A stretch of DNA of 63,777 bases, filler included, from Reticulomyxa filosa (GCA_000512085.1; 26 parts of 26 records of this genome joined end to end with filler, not necessarily neighbours in it), one strand, 5' to 3'. Counted from the whole stretch's first letter, positions 25,489 to 37,811 are shown. The notes: generated from the sequence alone by a model not told the origin. Made by a program: numbers and translations.

Positions 25489-26270
25489 ATTTTGCCGCTT
25501 TGTGATTTGCCAATCCGCAATATTCGACAAAGGCAAATCTCAAGCAATGCAGGAAATGCTACAGATTGAACCATATTGCTCGTGAATGCCCAAGGAAGCG
25601 CAAAGTATGTAAGTGGCTCCACTTTCACCATTAATATTTTGACAACATCTTCAGTCTTGGATAGAAGTACCTTGACAATTGGCATTAGATGAAAATTATA
25701 TTGGTAGATTGATGAAATTGGTGATCAATTGCAATCATTGCAGCAAAGTCTGGATTATAGACACATTGCATCACATTCAAACATCAAAACAAAAGGAAAT
25801 TTCCAAAGATGCAATTGACAGCAATCAACCGGCAAATGACCATACTCGAGACTATGACGAATGATGGTCTTGTATAATAGGGATAAACTTGATCCGATAT
25901 CCAAGTTTCCTCGCTACCATAGATGTAATTAACATGTTTGGAATCAAGAAGCAACCCAAGATACTTTACATGATCGCATTCCTTCAGGTTTGATCACTGG
26001 TAAAGTTGGATTGAATGATTATTTGTATAATATCAAAAGATACTGTCGAGCATTTTCTGATGGAATGTTTGCGGTACAGTGAATTACGTCGCAATTGGTG
26101 GACAAATGTCCAAGAATTGCTTCCAGATATAAATGTATTGTCCTTGTCAATGAAACAATTCATTATTGGGGATCGATCATGGAAACCAGATGTCGTGATC
26201 AATACCAAGAGAAGGGTTTGAATATTTGTCAAGTTTCTTCAAGACAAATCCCAATTTAAATTGAAATAAC
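25489..26270 (+). mobile_element. Decayed 3' end of a non-LTR retrotransposon ORF2
   Basis: LITGKVGLNDYLYNIK then DTVEHFLMECLRYSELR, the LINE C-terminal CCHC region with the CxxC deleted; frameshifts. Confidence 0.6.
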
Positions 26271-26292
26271 TTTATTGTTTTTCTTTTAATTA

Positions 26293-26561
26293 CAGTTGCG
26301 ACAAAAAAAAATTAGCCACCCTAAAATATGAATTTTTTGTGTGTCTAACCAAAATTTTAGTACTGGATTATGTTTGTTTTTATTGTTATTCTTTGGCTTC
26401 TAGTCATGACTCATAAGCTGTCTGGAATAAAAAAAGAAATTTTATTTGAAAAAATACGTATGGGAATGTCGTGGCCAGCAATTTGGGATACATCATGACA
26501 CAGCAAAAAAGTGTACCTCAGTATCCCCAACAGTGGAACGATTACACGCAAAAGAGGCTCT
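26293..26561 (+). mobile_element. Tc1-like transposon 5' end (second family): TIR plus decayed N-terminal HTH of the transposase
   Basis: TA-CAGTTGCGACAAAAAAAAATTAGCCACC, then MTHKLS...GMSWPAI / GIHHDTAKK / SGTITRKRGS with frameshifts. Confidence 0.55.
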
Positions 26562-26661
26562 NNNNNNNNNNNNNNNNNNNNNNNNNNNNNNNNNNNNNNN
26601 NNNNNTTAATTAATTAANNNNNNNNNNNNNNNNNNNNNNNNNNNNNNNNNNNNNNNNNNNN

Positions 26662-28624
26662 GATCGAATATCCCACAAACGAACACTTTTATCACCTGAT
26701 CCAGAACATATTGTATTTCCTTCATATGATGAATATTTTACACTTCTTACTAGACCTTCATGTCCTTTGAAAACAGTCAATTCTTTGGCTGTTTCGACAT
26801 CATATAAACGAATAGTTTTATCATCTGACCCAGAGCAAAGAGTGTATCCACTACCACCAATGACACCAATACTATTACTTTTATTTGCATTGCTGTTGTC
26901 TATGCTTTGCGGTGGTGAAAATTCCACACACCAGACCAAATTAGTATGTCCATTGAAAATATGCAACGATTTGGATGTCTCAACATCCCATAATCGAATA
27001 GTGCGATCACCAGATCCAGAACACAAATATCGACCATTATAAAATGATGAAAGCTGAATACCATACACTTCAGAAGTATGACCATTCAACACTTGAAATT
27101 CTTTTGCCGTTTCGACATTCCAAAAACGAATGGTTTTGTCAGCAGATGAAGAACAAATGACATTTTGACGATGATTATGATAATGATATGATGAAAATTT
27201 CACACAATACACAACTTGTGAATGTCCATTGAATGATTGAATTTGTTTATTAGTATCTACATCCCATACACAAACTGTTTTATCATTTGATCCAGAGCAA
27301 ATGAATAGGCTATCATTGACAATTGCATAATCAATACTCCAAACATAGCTAGTATGTCCTTTAAAAGTCTTGAGTAATTTGGATGATGAACAAAATAGTT
27401 CAAAAGAAAAAACGGAAGCACCTTTAGAATTAGAAGACAAAAACTTGTCATTGTCTTTTCGTTCATCTTTATTTTCTTGAATATTTTGGGTAAATTTCTC
27501 ATTCTTTTCTTGCAAATTTTTGATTACTCCGTTGTAACGGTCTTCCTTTTCTATAAAACTTTTGCGCAAATTTTCAATATCAACACGGAGTTTAAGTAAC
27601 TCTTGTTGGGATTCCCTTTGAACTTTTTTGATTTCATTATCCTTCTCCAATAACTCTTTTTGCTTCAGGTCATTTACTTTCCTTGCTTCATCAAGTTCCT
27701 TTTTTAATGTCTCAATTTCGGGAAGGAGTGCTTGCTGTTTAATTTAATGTACTCTTTTAAACTGGTCTTTTGTTGTGTATGGTATAGTCATACAAAGCAT
27801 TACCTTGGACGAATTAGCTTGAAGAATATCTTGTTGAAGTTTCAGTATTTCTTTTTTCAATGAAATGTTCTCATTGTTTAATTCTGTATTTCCTTCGCTT
27901 TTTATTTGTTTTTTCTCTTCCTATTTTATTTTCTGTTGTGTACTTATAACAGATATCTTCAAACAAAAAAAGGAATTAATTAAACTTGATAACATCGAAT
28001 GGTTTGTTGTAATGATTCAACAAAATTCACAGTTAAATCAAAATGTAGTTTTACTTCCGAAGCTAAGTGTTCTTGCAATTCATGTCTAAGACAAGTGTAT
28101 TTGCACCCAAATGGTTTATACCAACAATCTAATAATTTCAAAGGACATACACTATTCAAGTGATCATATAGCTCTTTAATCTTTCCTTTAAAATCGCATA
28201 CTATTTTTTTATTCTCTTCCCTTTCTTGTTGTCGTCCTTGAGTGGACATTTGCGAATCCTTTTGAAACTGTAGTGGACATGTCACTTTCAAGGCACCGAT
28301 ATGTCGTCGTGCGACCTTTGTTTGAGCATATACACAGTCACTATGAGGTTGAACTGGACAAGAGTCGGGGTTGGTTTTTAAAAATTCTTTTAGGCACTTT
28401 TCTCCAACAAGGAATGATTCATCCAGATCTTGATGTTGTGGACAGTCAATTTCAATTGGATTGTTGGCAACTTGTTTACAAATTAAACATATAAAATTTT
28501 CAATTTGCTCTTGCTGGTTCAGTTGCAGTATCCAGTTCTTACTGAAGCAAGACTGGTCCACAGAAACTGGAGCCACTCCAATTCTTATTTCTTCATTGTT
28601 TTTTTCATCATCTACTTTACTCAT
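26662..28624 (-). CDS. RING-like, TRAF-type Zn finger, coiled-coil and WD40 protein (TRAF7-like architecture), 3' truncated
   Basis: [13 protein letters not shown]...CPQH...GEKC...CP; CDFKG...HLNSVCP...CWYKPFGC...HL; at least five GH...CSGSxDKTxxxWD repeats. Confidence 0.9.
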
Positions 28625-29129
28625 TTTTTTATGTTAAAGTTTGTTGCGTAAAGTCTCTTTGCTGAGATGATGTTTTTTTTTTTTTTTTTTAATAACGGGG
28701 ACATACCAGAAAGTTTGTGACGTAGATCAAGAACTACAAGACTTNNNNNNNNNNNNNNNNNNNNNNNNNNNNNNNNNNNNNNNNNNNNTTAATTAATTAA
28801 NNNNNNNNNNNNNNNNNNNNNNNNNNNNNNNNNNNNNNNNNNNNCGAAGGCGTCGAACACCCTTAAGGCTAAGCTAGGATCGATACCCGAGTAAAGGAGT
28901 TACTATCTTTGCACCTTGGTACACTTAAAGCAACTGAGGTCAATATACGCGGTAAGTTTTAAAGCACTCCCACCTCTAGAACCGACGACAATAGCCCCCC
29001 GAAAATGAATTGCAACAAAAACGTTGCCAAATGGTGAAAAAGGTTAAAAACCACACAATACTAACAATATCACAAAAATCCAACTACTATAAAAAAATTT
29101 TTTAATCACTATAAAAATTAATTTTACTT

Positions 29130-29900
29130 GTGAAATTACATTCACTGTGTTATACGCTGTCGATTTCATAACACCAAGGATTCTGCACATTGACACTCTT
29201 TGAATCCTTTCCAGCCTCTTCTTGTGTGATCCTGCAGCTCCATTCCAAAATGCGCAAGCATACTCCAAGGATGGCCTGATAATTGTAGTATACAATAAAT
29301 TATATACTGATAAACTTGGACGAATCTCTTTGTACGAACACAGGATGTTAAATATCCAAGTTTCTTTGATGCTTTGCCATAAAAGTAATTAATGTGATTC
29401 TGGAATGTCATTTGCTGATCGACAAATAATCCCAAATTTTAATTTCATCTTTGGATATTTCCTTTTGTTTTTCATCTTGAAAGTGATCGATTGTGTCTTA
29501 TCTGGAGTCAATAACATTTTCCATTTAATGCCCACAAACTCACATTTTCCAAACTATTTTGTAATTGATTTAATTGACATTCCATTTCTTTTCATCACTG
29601 TGTAAATAGATGTCCACAGCGCAACATCATCTGCAAACATTCTACATTGAATTGGATCTTCAACTGTCTTTGCTAATGATGACCAACTTCAAAATTTCTT
29701 TCACTGGAATTGACTCCATTTAATACCACTTGTCCACTTCGATCTTTGAGGAAGCTAGCCACCACCAATACATTCTCCCTTTCAATCCAAATCCTTTTCT
29801 CATCTTGTGCCTTAATCCATCTCTATATCTATTTGATGATATTTATCCCAAAATGGATAACAATTCATTTCTTCATTTCAATCACAGATGTAATTTCATC
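29130..29900 (-). mobile_element. Decayed non-LTR retrotransposon reverse transcriptase fragment
   Basis: MFADDVALW (YADD box), LGLFVDQQMTF, YTTIIRPSLEYACAFWN, RLERIQR; frameshifts and deletions. Confidence 0.85.
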
Positions 29901-30068
29901 TTCCACCAATTGATAATGATCTTTCGTTTCTTCAGAATAGCTTGGTGGTTGTGGAGGTTGAGAGAACTNNNNNNNNNNNNNNNNNNNNNNNNNNNNNNNN
30001 NNNNNNNNNNNNTTAATTAATTAANNNNNNNNNNNNNNNNNNNNNNNNNNNNNNNNNNNNNNNNNNNN

Positions 30069-30107
<39 letters not shown>

Positions 30108-30176
30108 TTCTTATGTTGTCTGGGTGTTGGAAATGCGCATACACAAACAAATGCACAAATTTAAACAACACAAAAG

Positions 30177-30657
30177 ACCAATGGCTCAAAGAAGCAATAA
30201 ATATGGTTCAATCGAAACCTAAACCATTGGCTTGCTATATCTTTTCCGAACGCGATACGTTTGTCAATCAAGTTAAAGACAAAATTTCGGGAGGTGCTAT
30301 TGTTGTCAATGACACCGTGTTTCACATGACTTTGCAAAATGTTCCTTTGGCGGGGTTGGTGAGTCGGGCTGTGGCCATTATGGTGGCTACAACTCTTTTG
30401 TCTCATTTTCTCATGAGAAACCTGTTGCCCGACGCGTTTTTGGATTGGAATGGTCTGTGAAGGACAGATATCCCAATGGAAATCCAGAGAAAATTACTCC
30501 TAAGCTAGAACGCTTGATTCCTCGTCCCAAGTCTACACAACGAGTGATCATTGAAGCCGGAACCAAAATCGCTATTCTTGGAGTTACCACTCACTTTGCA
30601 CTTAAGAGATTTGCTAATTTTGATATATTTGAAAAATTACAAACCTTTAGTTCATAA
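30177..30657 (+). CDS. Aldehyde dehydrogenase (ALDH3-like), C-terminal exon, one frameshift near 30347
   Basis: KPKPLACYIFS, GGAIVVND, and VP(F)GGVGESGCGHYGG...FSHEKPV across the frameshift. Confidence 0.85.
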
Positions 30658-30986
30658 GCTTAAGCAAGTCTGTATTGAGATATTCGATTAAGGTGGATTT
30701 TTTTGTTCATAGTTTTCTATATTTGCACTCTCTCTTTAAACAAAAGTATCCATAACATCTTTTGGTAGATTAGACTTTCTATCTACTTTTGCGAATGTCT
30801 TTATTAAATTTCTATTGCATTAGCTTGTGTCTATCCTTTTTTTAGCTTTACTTTTTAATTAGGGGTAGTGAATTTCTAGAACTGTTTGCAAGAGTTTGTC
30901 TTGTACAAGTACACAATCAAAAACATTTGGCAAGGCCCCTTCTACAAATCGAAAATTCCTACGAGCTATTTCATCTTCGAGGAGCA

Positions 30987-32268
30987 ATGACCAGTCAATC
31001 GCAAAGTGTAGACACTACCAAAGCTAGTTCTATCTCGGTGGATTTGAAGAACAGCACCATCTTTGTTTCTATAATAAATTACCGTGACATAGACGGTCAA
31101 TTTACAATTTTGGACTTGTTTAGAAAAGCAAAAAATCCAAAACGAGTGTTTGTAGGTTACTGTCTTCAATACAATCCAAAAGAGGATTCGGATTGTGTTT
31201 CTCACTTCAATGCGAACAATCCGAATGTTCGTGCGCTGTTTGTAAATTACACGAATGCTCGTGGACCAATAATGGCGAGACATTGGGTCCAAACAAATTT
31301 GTATAACAATGAGTCCTTTTACTTGCAAATTGACTGTCACATGCGATTTGTCGAGCATTGGGATGACATTTTGTTGCGAATGTGGCACGACCTGCAAGAC
31401 GACATGGCAATTCTCACTACATATCCCAACGAGTTTGATACCGAGTATTTGAGTACCTTGTCTTCCTTGCAAAACAAATTCGCCGAAAATAAAGAAGAGA
31501 AAACCCAGCAAGAGTCCAGTCAAAAACAAAACCCACTTCCAAAAGACTGGGATGGCAGTATTGACATGAGTCGACTGGATAAGCGAGTAGCGTTGCTATG
31601 TGCAAAAGGATTTGATCAAAAAGATGGCTTTTTGAGAATCACCGGAAAATTATTGCATAAAAACCCAGAGAGTTTTGTTATCACTTTGCTTGCCTATCTT
31701 TTTTCAATTGACTCCATATTTTATTTTATTTTTTTTGGGGGGGGGAAAAAAAGAGCCCCTGCGGTCCCTGTTTTGGGCAGCCGGTTTTAGCTTCTCTCGC
31801 GCACATGTGATTCAAAATGTACCTTACAACGATGATTTGCCATGTCTGTTCTTTGGAGAAGAGTCTGTGATGGCAATGCGCCTGTTTGTGAATGGCTATA
31901 ACTTTTATTGTCCCAATGAGTGCGTTATCTATCATTTGTGGAAAAGATCCAATGCCTCTATTCGTAAGAAGACATGGAGGGAGTTATTTGAAGGGGCCAA
32001 CGAACAGGAAATGCATGACTTGGAATTGCAATCACAGCAAGCAGCGCAAAAGTTATTAGCTGACTCAAAACAACTCCAAAAGCACGAAATGAAGAGGTCC
32101 ATTGCCGACTTTGAAAGATATTGTGGGATCAACTTCAAAGAAAAGTGTGTGTTATGGAAAGATAGTTATTGGGGAGGAATCCCTCCACAAAAAAAGGAGC
32201 AAATGTTTGAAGAGTTCCACCACAAAAAAAAATTGACAAAGTCTTTGACATTGTTAATTCTTTTGTAA
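30987..32268 (+). CDS. GT60-family alpha-GlcNAc transferase (Skp1 Gnt1-like), one intron near 31676-31755
   Basis: IFVSIINYRD, YLQIDCHMRF, FWAAGFSFS, VPY...LFFGEE, YHLW; no N-terminal signal anchor. Confidence 0.85.
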
Positions 32269-32552
32269 ATGAGTGATTTAAGTCCTTTGGCTTTTTTTTT
32301 TTCCCTCACTTCACCAATCAGTTATTAAAAAAATAATAAATTAACGTTGATCTTTCCAAAATTTGCAAAAAGAGTGCCAAGGAAAGAGACAATAAAATGC
32401 TTTTTGTTTACATTCATCAACACAAACGCGTAATATTATGTCTATTTTTCGACAGTTCTCTCCGCTGTAATCTTGTTGCAGAAGAGGAGAAAAAAAAGGC
32501 ATTTGGAAAAAAAAAAAAAGAAAGCAAATTTAAAATTAAAAAACATATTCCT

Positions 32553-33590
32553 TCAACAAGTATTGCAAAGTTGGATATACATGTCAGTTGTGCGAAATCT
32601 ACCGAAACAATCGCCAATGAGATAAAGAAGTTCGAAAATGCAGTCATCGAAAATGGCCGTCATATCTTGTGCCAGCAACTTGTTGTTGTCATAAATACTA
32701 ATTAGCTTTGTTCTATATGCATGCGATATGTTTAAGCAAAAAATTGCATTATTTAGGATGAATTTTTCCATAAGCATTCGAAATTTTTCAAGGTCTGTTT
32801 TTGTGTCATCAAAAACTATTTGCGACTTGACAATGTCAGCAGGCAAAATAATAGGTAAAGGTTTGCTTTCATTAGTGATCTCTTTCTTTGACATCGTTTC
32901 TCTGAATTGCACCAATTCAATTATCCCTTTTTTAAAAAAAAAAATATACCGTTCAGCGTATATGGCAAAAAAAAAAATAAAAAAATAGCAAATAAAAAAA
33001 AAGACCTAGTATGTTATCATGTGCAAATTCTCCGAAAGCAAATTGAATGAACACTTCGAGTGTACGTTTCTGTGAAAATACCTGCCGAAGAGTTAGCGCT
33101 TGTGAAGACGTTTCTGCTACACCAAAATAATCATTAGAAGCAACGGTGGCTTCGCTGCTACTATGTATTTGGTCATGTTTTTGATTAAGCCCATCGACCT
33201 GGTTCAATTCTGCTAACAAAGCTTTGACTTTTCGTTTTCGATATTGTTCATATTGCAACGACAATGACTGTTGAGTGACCTTTTCAGAGTTTTTCATCGA
33301 AACAGTACGTTGCGATTGTTTGTAATCGTGCAGGATTATCATCAAATCATTCCAAATCAACACTTGACGAGTCGACGTTACAATGTAGCCACAATCGAAA
33401 ATTGCAAAAAAGATATTGAAAACACATACGTATACGAGATACGGCAAAAATTCAAAGTTGTGGTCAATCGTCAATACCGTTATGTAGATTACATATGAGG
33501 CCATCACAAATAGACACCAAAACAACAAATGTTTGATCTCTTTTTTCAAATGGATATAGTCTACATATGCTGGCATTTTTATCCTTTATG
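32553..33590 (-). CDS. Multi-TM protein with a C-terminal RGS domain (7TM-RGS-like), 5' truncated
   Basis: Two TM helices, then FIQFAFGEFAHDNIL...EKFI...CLNIS...IFDDC...DCFGRFRTTDMY. Confidence 0.75.
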
Positions 33591-33618
33591 ACAAGATCAA
33601 AACAAAAACGATACATAA

Positions 33619-33649
<31 letters not shown>

Positions 33650-33859
33650 GGAACCCCAAAAAAANNNNNNNNNNNNNNNNNNNNNNNNNNNNNNNNNNNN
33701 NNNNNNNNTTAATTAATTAANNNNNNNNNNNNNNNNNNNNNNNNNNNNNNNNNNNNNNNNNNNNACCAATTGGAGGTAATATATTTGTGTATATTTTACC
33801 AACAAAATAAATCAAAAACAAAAACAAAAAACAAAAAACAAAAAAAAAGCAAGAAAGAC

Positions 33860-34882
33860 CGTCGTTGGAAAACATAATGATGGTGGTGAGTGAGCTTGAG
33901 CAAGATATGCAAGTAACTGCGTTGAAGGAGTTTTGGAGGCTGACATCAGTGATGGCCGATGTGCTGACAGGGAAGACGGAGACGCCGACATAACGGAGCA
34001 AATGCAAGAATTTTTGAATGCCCCTTTGCCATTACCATTAATACTATTATCGTCATTGTCATCGTCATCGTCATTGCCATCGACGTGGCAGCACATTAAG
34101 CATCTATTCGTAGAGTACTTGGGGTTCGAAGTGGAGCGCGACGCCGACACGCAGAAGGTGGTGCGTGTGACGGGCAGACTGCCTTTGCACCAGCTTTTGG
34201 AAAATGCTTCAAAACGCAATAATGTCTGCGCGTTCAGATATGCCGGATCATCGTTACAAGTCGTGTCAAGAGATGGTGGCAGTGCAAGGAGGATCATCAT
34301 CATCAGATCAACATGCACAACAACATGCACAACAACATGCACAACCGCCATTAATATTACAGTTGGCATCGCGATTGAATTTGGAAAATGGCAAACACTT
34401 TTTATACATTGACAAAGACAATACGACGCTGCAGCTGTCTGGAGATAAGGTACATGACTACCCTTATGGCATCTACTTGGTTGGCAAGCATATCACAATC
34501 ACTTGCAAAGATCGCACGCTCGCGCATCTCAAACTGCGTTGCAGCCACTTGTTCATTGCAGACGGGACCAGTGGTATCCATTGCAACGGCAAAGGCTACT
34601 CGTCGCAGACAGGCCCCGGCCGCGGCCTACCTGTATCTTCGCAGCGTTTCAGCTCCGGAGGCAGCTACGCCACCAAAGGCAGAGGCGACTGCTCTGGCTC
34701 CATCTACGGAGAAAAGACTCTGCTTCAAGGACTCCACTTTGGTAGTGGAGGGGGACATAGTAATGGGCACAAGCCACGACCTCCCAAAGTCAAGAACGTC
34801 GTTGCCGCCAATCTCGACACTGCATTTGCCACGCACTTTCTTCGGAGTCATGACGACGTCGATGAACTCCAAAATCGTAATC

Positions 34883-34931
<49 letters not shown>

Positions 34932-36302
34932 TGCCCATGATGATAAAGATGAAAAACAAAATGACACTATTCAAAGAATCGAAGAAGAACATGACCAGTC
35001 CATTAGCGCCGGGGGCCGCGGTGGAGGCATCATCGAAATCGTCATCATGTGTCACATGGTCAATCATGGACAGATCCAATGCAATGGCGAGCCTGCTGAT
35101 GACGAGGGTGGTAGTGGCAGTGGAGGCTCCATTCTCGTCCACTTCCATCCTCGTGTTCCAGATTCCGACTCCGACTCCGACTCCGACTCCAATCCTGAAC
35201 AACAGCAGAAACATCAACAACACGAACATGTCATTGGCACTTTGGAGTGCGTTGGCGGGCATGGCAACTTTGGCACAAACAACGGAGGAGATGGCATAAT
35301 CGCGATTCATGGGCCTCCGTTTTCCACGCAACAGTTGTCTTCCATTCGTCCCACTCCTTATGTCGGGACTCAAGCTGTTCCAAGACCAGTTTTGTTGTTA
35401 TTCATTACTCTACTTGTACATGCATACATGCATATACGTATATAAATATATATATACATATACATTATACATATATATATATGTATATGTATACATATAA
35501 GATGGAGTGGACTCAAGAGATGATGAAAATACATTGCTCCAGTGTCAATTGTTTTCAAATGGTAAATGTATTGAGTGAAATGAAGACTCTGAAAAATGGC
35601 CGAGACTACTTGCTCGTGCGGGACAACAATGTGACAATTACGTTTACTGGAGTTAGATGGAATAGTTACCCGTTTGGTGTGTACTTGTTGGGGAATAACA
35701 TCACCATAAACATGGAATCGAAACCTTGCCAGCGGCTCAAGATCAAGTGCAGTCATTTGCTCATTGCCGACGCTTCCTGCAAGATTGACTGCAGTGGATT
35801 GGGGCACGTCCAAGAGACGGGCCTGGGCAAAGGCTGCTCGTACAACGGAATCGGAACTGGAGCCGGTCATGCCAGCTCCGGAGAAGGCATTGTCCTCGGC
35901 TTTTTCAACAGGCGAAGTGGAGGCACTACGTATGGCGAAGAGACGCTGATTCAACAAATCGAGTTCGGCAGTGGAGGGGGGAACTCCACTCATCGCAACG
36001 GAGGCGCTGGTGGGGGTATCATTGAATTGCAGGTCGATCATCAAATCGTCAATTACGGCAAAATCGCGTGCAACGGACTGAAGGGATTCCAAAAAGCCGG
36101 AGGGGGAAGCGGTGGCTCCATACTTATCAGCGTCCTTCACGCCTCCAGCCTGATACAAAGATTTGGGGAAATCGAGTGCATTGGAGGGACAAGTGAATCC
36201 GGAGGTGCTGGTGGATATGGTAGAATTGCTATTTGTAAGGCCTCCACTGTGAGAAATGATTTCATTGCAGGCAAGCCGGTCCCTTATATTCGCACTACTT
36301 GA
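33860..36302 (+). CDS. Protein with two tandem Gly-rich domains (GSGGG...GGxGGGII...GGGSGGSI...GGxGxIAI), multi-exon
   Basis: Both units share YPxGxYLxGxxITI, LKxxCSHLxIAD, IxCxGxG, YGExTL and FGSGGG; unit 1 has poly-N and (SD)n insertions; a frame break near 34200. Confidence 0.7.
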
Positions 36303-36313
36303 CAAATGTGCCA

Positions 36314-36348
<35 letters not shown>

Positions 36349-36466
36349 NNNNNNNNNNNNNNNNNNNNNNNNNNNNNNNNNNNNNNNNNNNNTTAATTAA
36401 TTAANNNNNNNNNNNNNNNNNNNNNNNNNNNNNNNNNNNNNNNNNNNNTGGACAGGTGAGCTTGGC

Positions 36467-36492
36467 TTCCTTCCCGTTCAGATGGGGAGGAA
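36467..36492 (-). terminator. Short stem-loop just downstream of the CoA-transferase stop (terminator or REP-like)
   Basis: TTCCTTCCC-N8-GGGGAGGAA inverted repeat, 5 bp from the stop codon. Confidence 0.3.
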
Positions 36493-36497
36493 CCTCC

Positions 36498-37691
36498 TTA
36501 GCCGATCACCTTCTTTTCGCGCAGCGCGGCGATCTCCCCCGCACCGAGGCCCGCCAGCTGCGTCAACACCTGATCGGTATGCTCGCCCAGCGCCGGCGGC
36601 GGGCGCGTGTCGTCGACCGGCGTGTCGGAGAAGTGGAAGTTCGAACCGATCAGCGGCACGTCGCCGACCCGGCTGTGCCTGTAGGTCTTCAGCATGCCGC
36701 GACGCTTCACTTCCGGCTCGTCGAGCGCTTCCTTCATGGTGCGGATCGGGCCGGCCGGCAGGTGGCGCAGCTTTTGCGCCCAGTTCTCCTTGGTGTCGGT
36801 CGTCAGCACCTCTTCCATGAGGCGCGTCAGCTCGGGCTTGTTGGCCACGCGGTTGGCGACCGTATCGAACCGCGGATCGGTCACCCATTCGGGGTGGCCC
36901 AGCGCCTTGGCCGTGTCAGCGAACAGCTTCTGGTTCGCCACCGCCATATAGATCTTGCCGTTCGCCGTCTCGAACGAGCTGTTGGGCGCCGAGGCGAAAT
37001 GGCCGTTGCCGGCGCGCCGCGGCTGCTCGCCGCCGATCAGATAGTAGGAGCCCATGTTGCCCAGCGACACGAGTGCCGTGTCGTAGAGCGCGAGGTCGAT
37101 CTGCTGTCCCTTCCCGGTGTCGCGTCGCGCATAGAGCGCGGCGTTGACCGCGGCCACCGAGTGGATCGCCGTCATCGTGTCGACGATCGCGATGGCGTGG
37201 CGCAACCCCTCGCCATTGGCCTCGCCGTTGACGCTCATCATGCCCGACTCGGCCTGCAGCACGGGATCGTAGCCCGGCCGGTCCGACAGCGGCCCGGTCT
37301 GCCCGTAGGCTGAGATCGAAAGATAGATCAGCTTCGGGTACTTCGCGGCGACGCTCGCATAGTCGAAGCCATACTTCTTCAGGACACCCGGCCGGAAGTT
37401 CTCGACCAGCACGTCGGCGCCGGCCAACAGCTTGTGCACGATCGCCTGGCCTTCGGATTTGGTGAAGTCCAGCCCAACACTCTTCTTGCCCCTGTTGTAG
37501 GTCATGAAGAAGTGGCTCTCGCCATCGGCTCCGCCGGCGCGCGGGCCGGCACCCTTGCGCGTATCGTCGCCGCCATCCGGATTCTCGATCTTGATCACTT
37601 CGGCGCCCATGTCGGAGAGCATCTGGGTGCACATGGGTCCCGCGATCACGCGGGAGAATCGATGACGCGAATGCCGTCGAGCGGCGGCCGA
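36498..37691 (-). CDS. Bacterial family III CoA-transferase (CaiB/BaiF), N-terminal frameshift
   Basis: PLDGIRVID..., AGPMCTQMLSDMGAEVIKIE, NRGKKS, ADVLVENFRPG, PGYD, PPALGEHT; high GC, no introns. Confidence 0.95.
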   Translation of the reverse strand, partial: SAAARRHSRHRFSRVIAGPMCTQMLSDMGAEVIKIENPDGGDDTRKGAGPRAGGADGESHFFMTYNRGKKSVGLDFTKSEGQAIVHKLLAGADVLVENFRPGVLKKYGFDYASVAAKYPKLIYLSISAYGQTGPLSDRPGYDPVLQAESGMMSVNGEANGEGLRHAIAIVDTMTAIHSVAAVNAALYARRDTGKGQQIDLALYDTALVSLGNMGSYYLIGGEQPRRAGNGHFASAPNSSFETANGKIYMAVANQKLFADTAKALGHPEWVTDPRFDTVANRVANKPELTRLMEEVLTTDTKENWAQKLRHLPAGPIRTMKEALDEPEVKRRGMLKTYRHSRVGDVPLIGSNFHFSDTPVDDTRPPPALGEHTDQVLTQLAGLGAGEIAALREKKVIG

Positions 37692-37811
37692 NNNNNNNNN
37701 NNNNNNNNNNNNNNNNNNNNNNNNNNNNNNNNNNNTTAATTAATTAANNNNNNNNNNNNNNNNNNNNNNNNNNNNNNNNNNNNNNNNNNNNTTTTTTTTT
37801 TTATCCAATAG

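Noticed and set aside
34627-36314. Long antisense or alternate-frame ORFs here and over eno, the DGC, the CoA-transferase and PKG
   Set aside because: Shadow ORFs caused by GC-rich codon bias and triplet repeats
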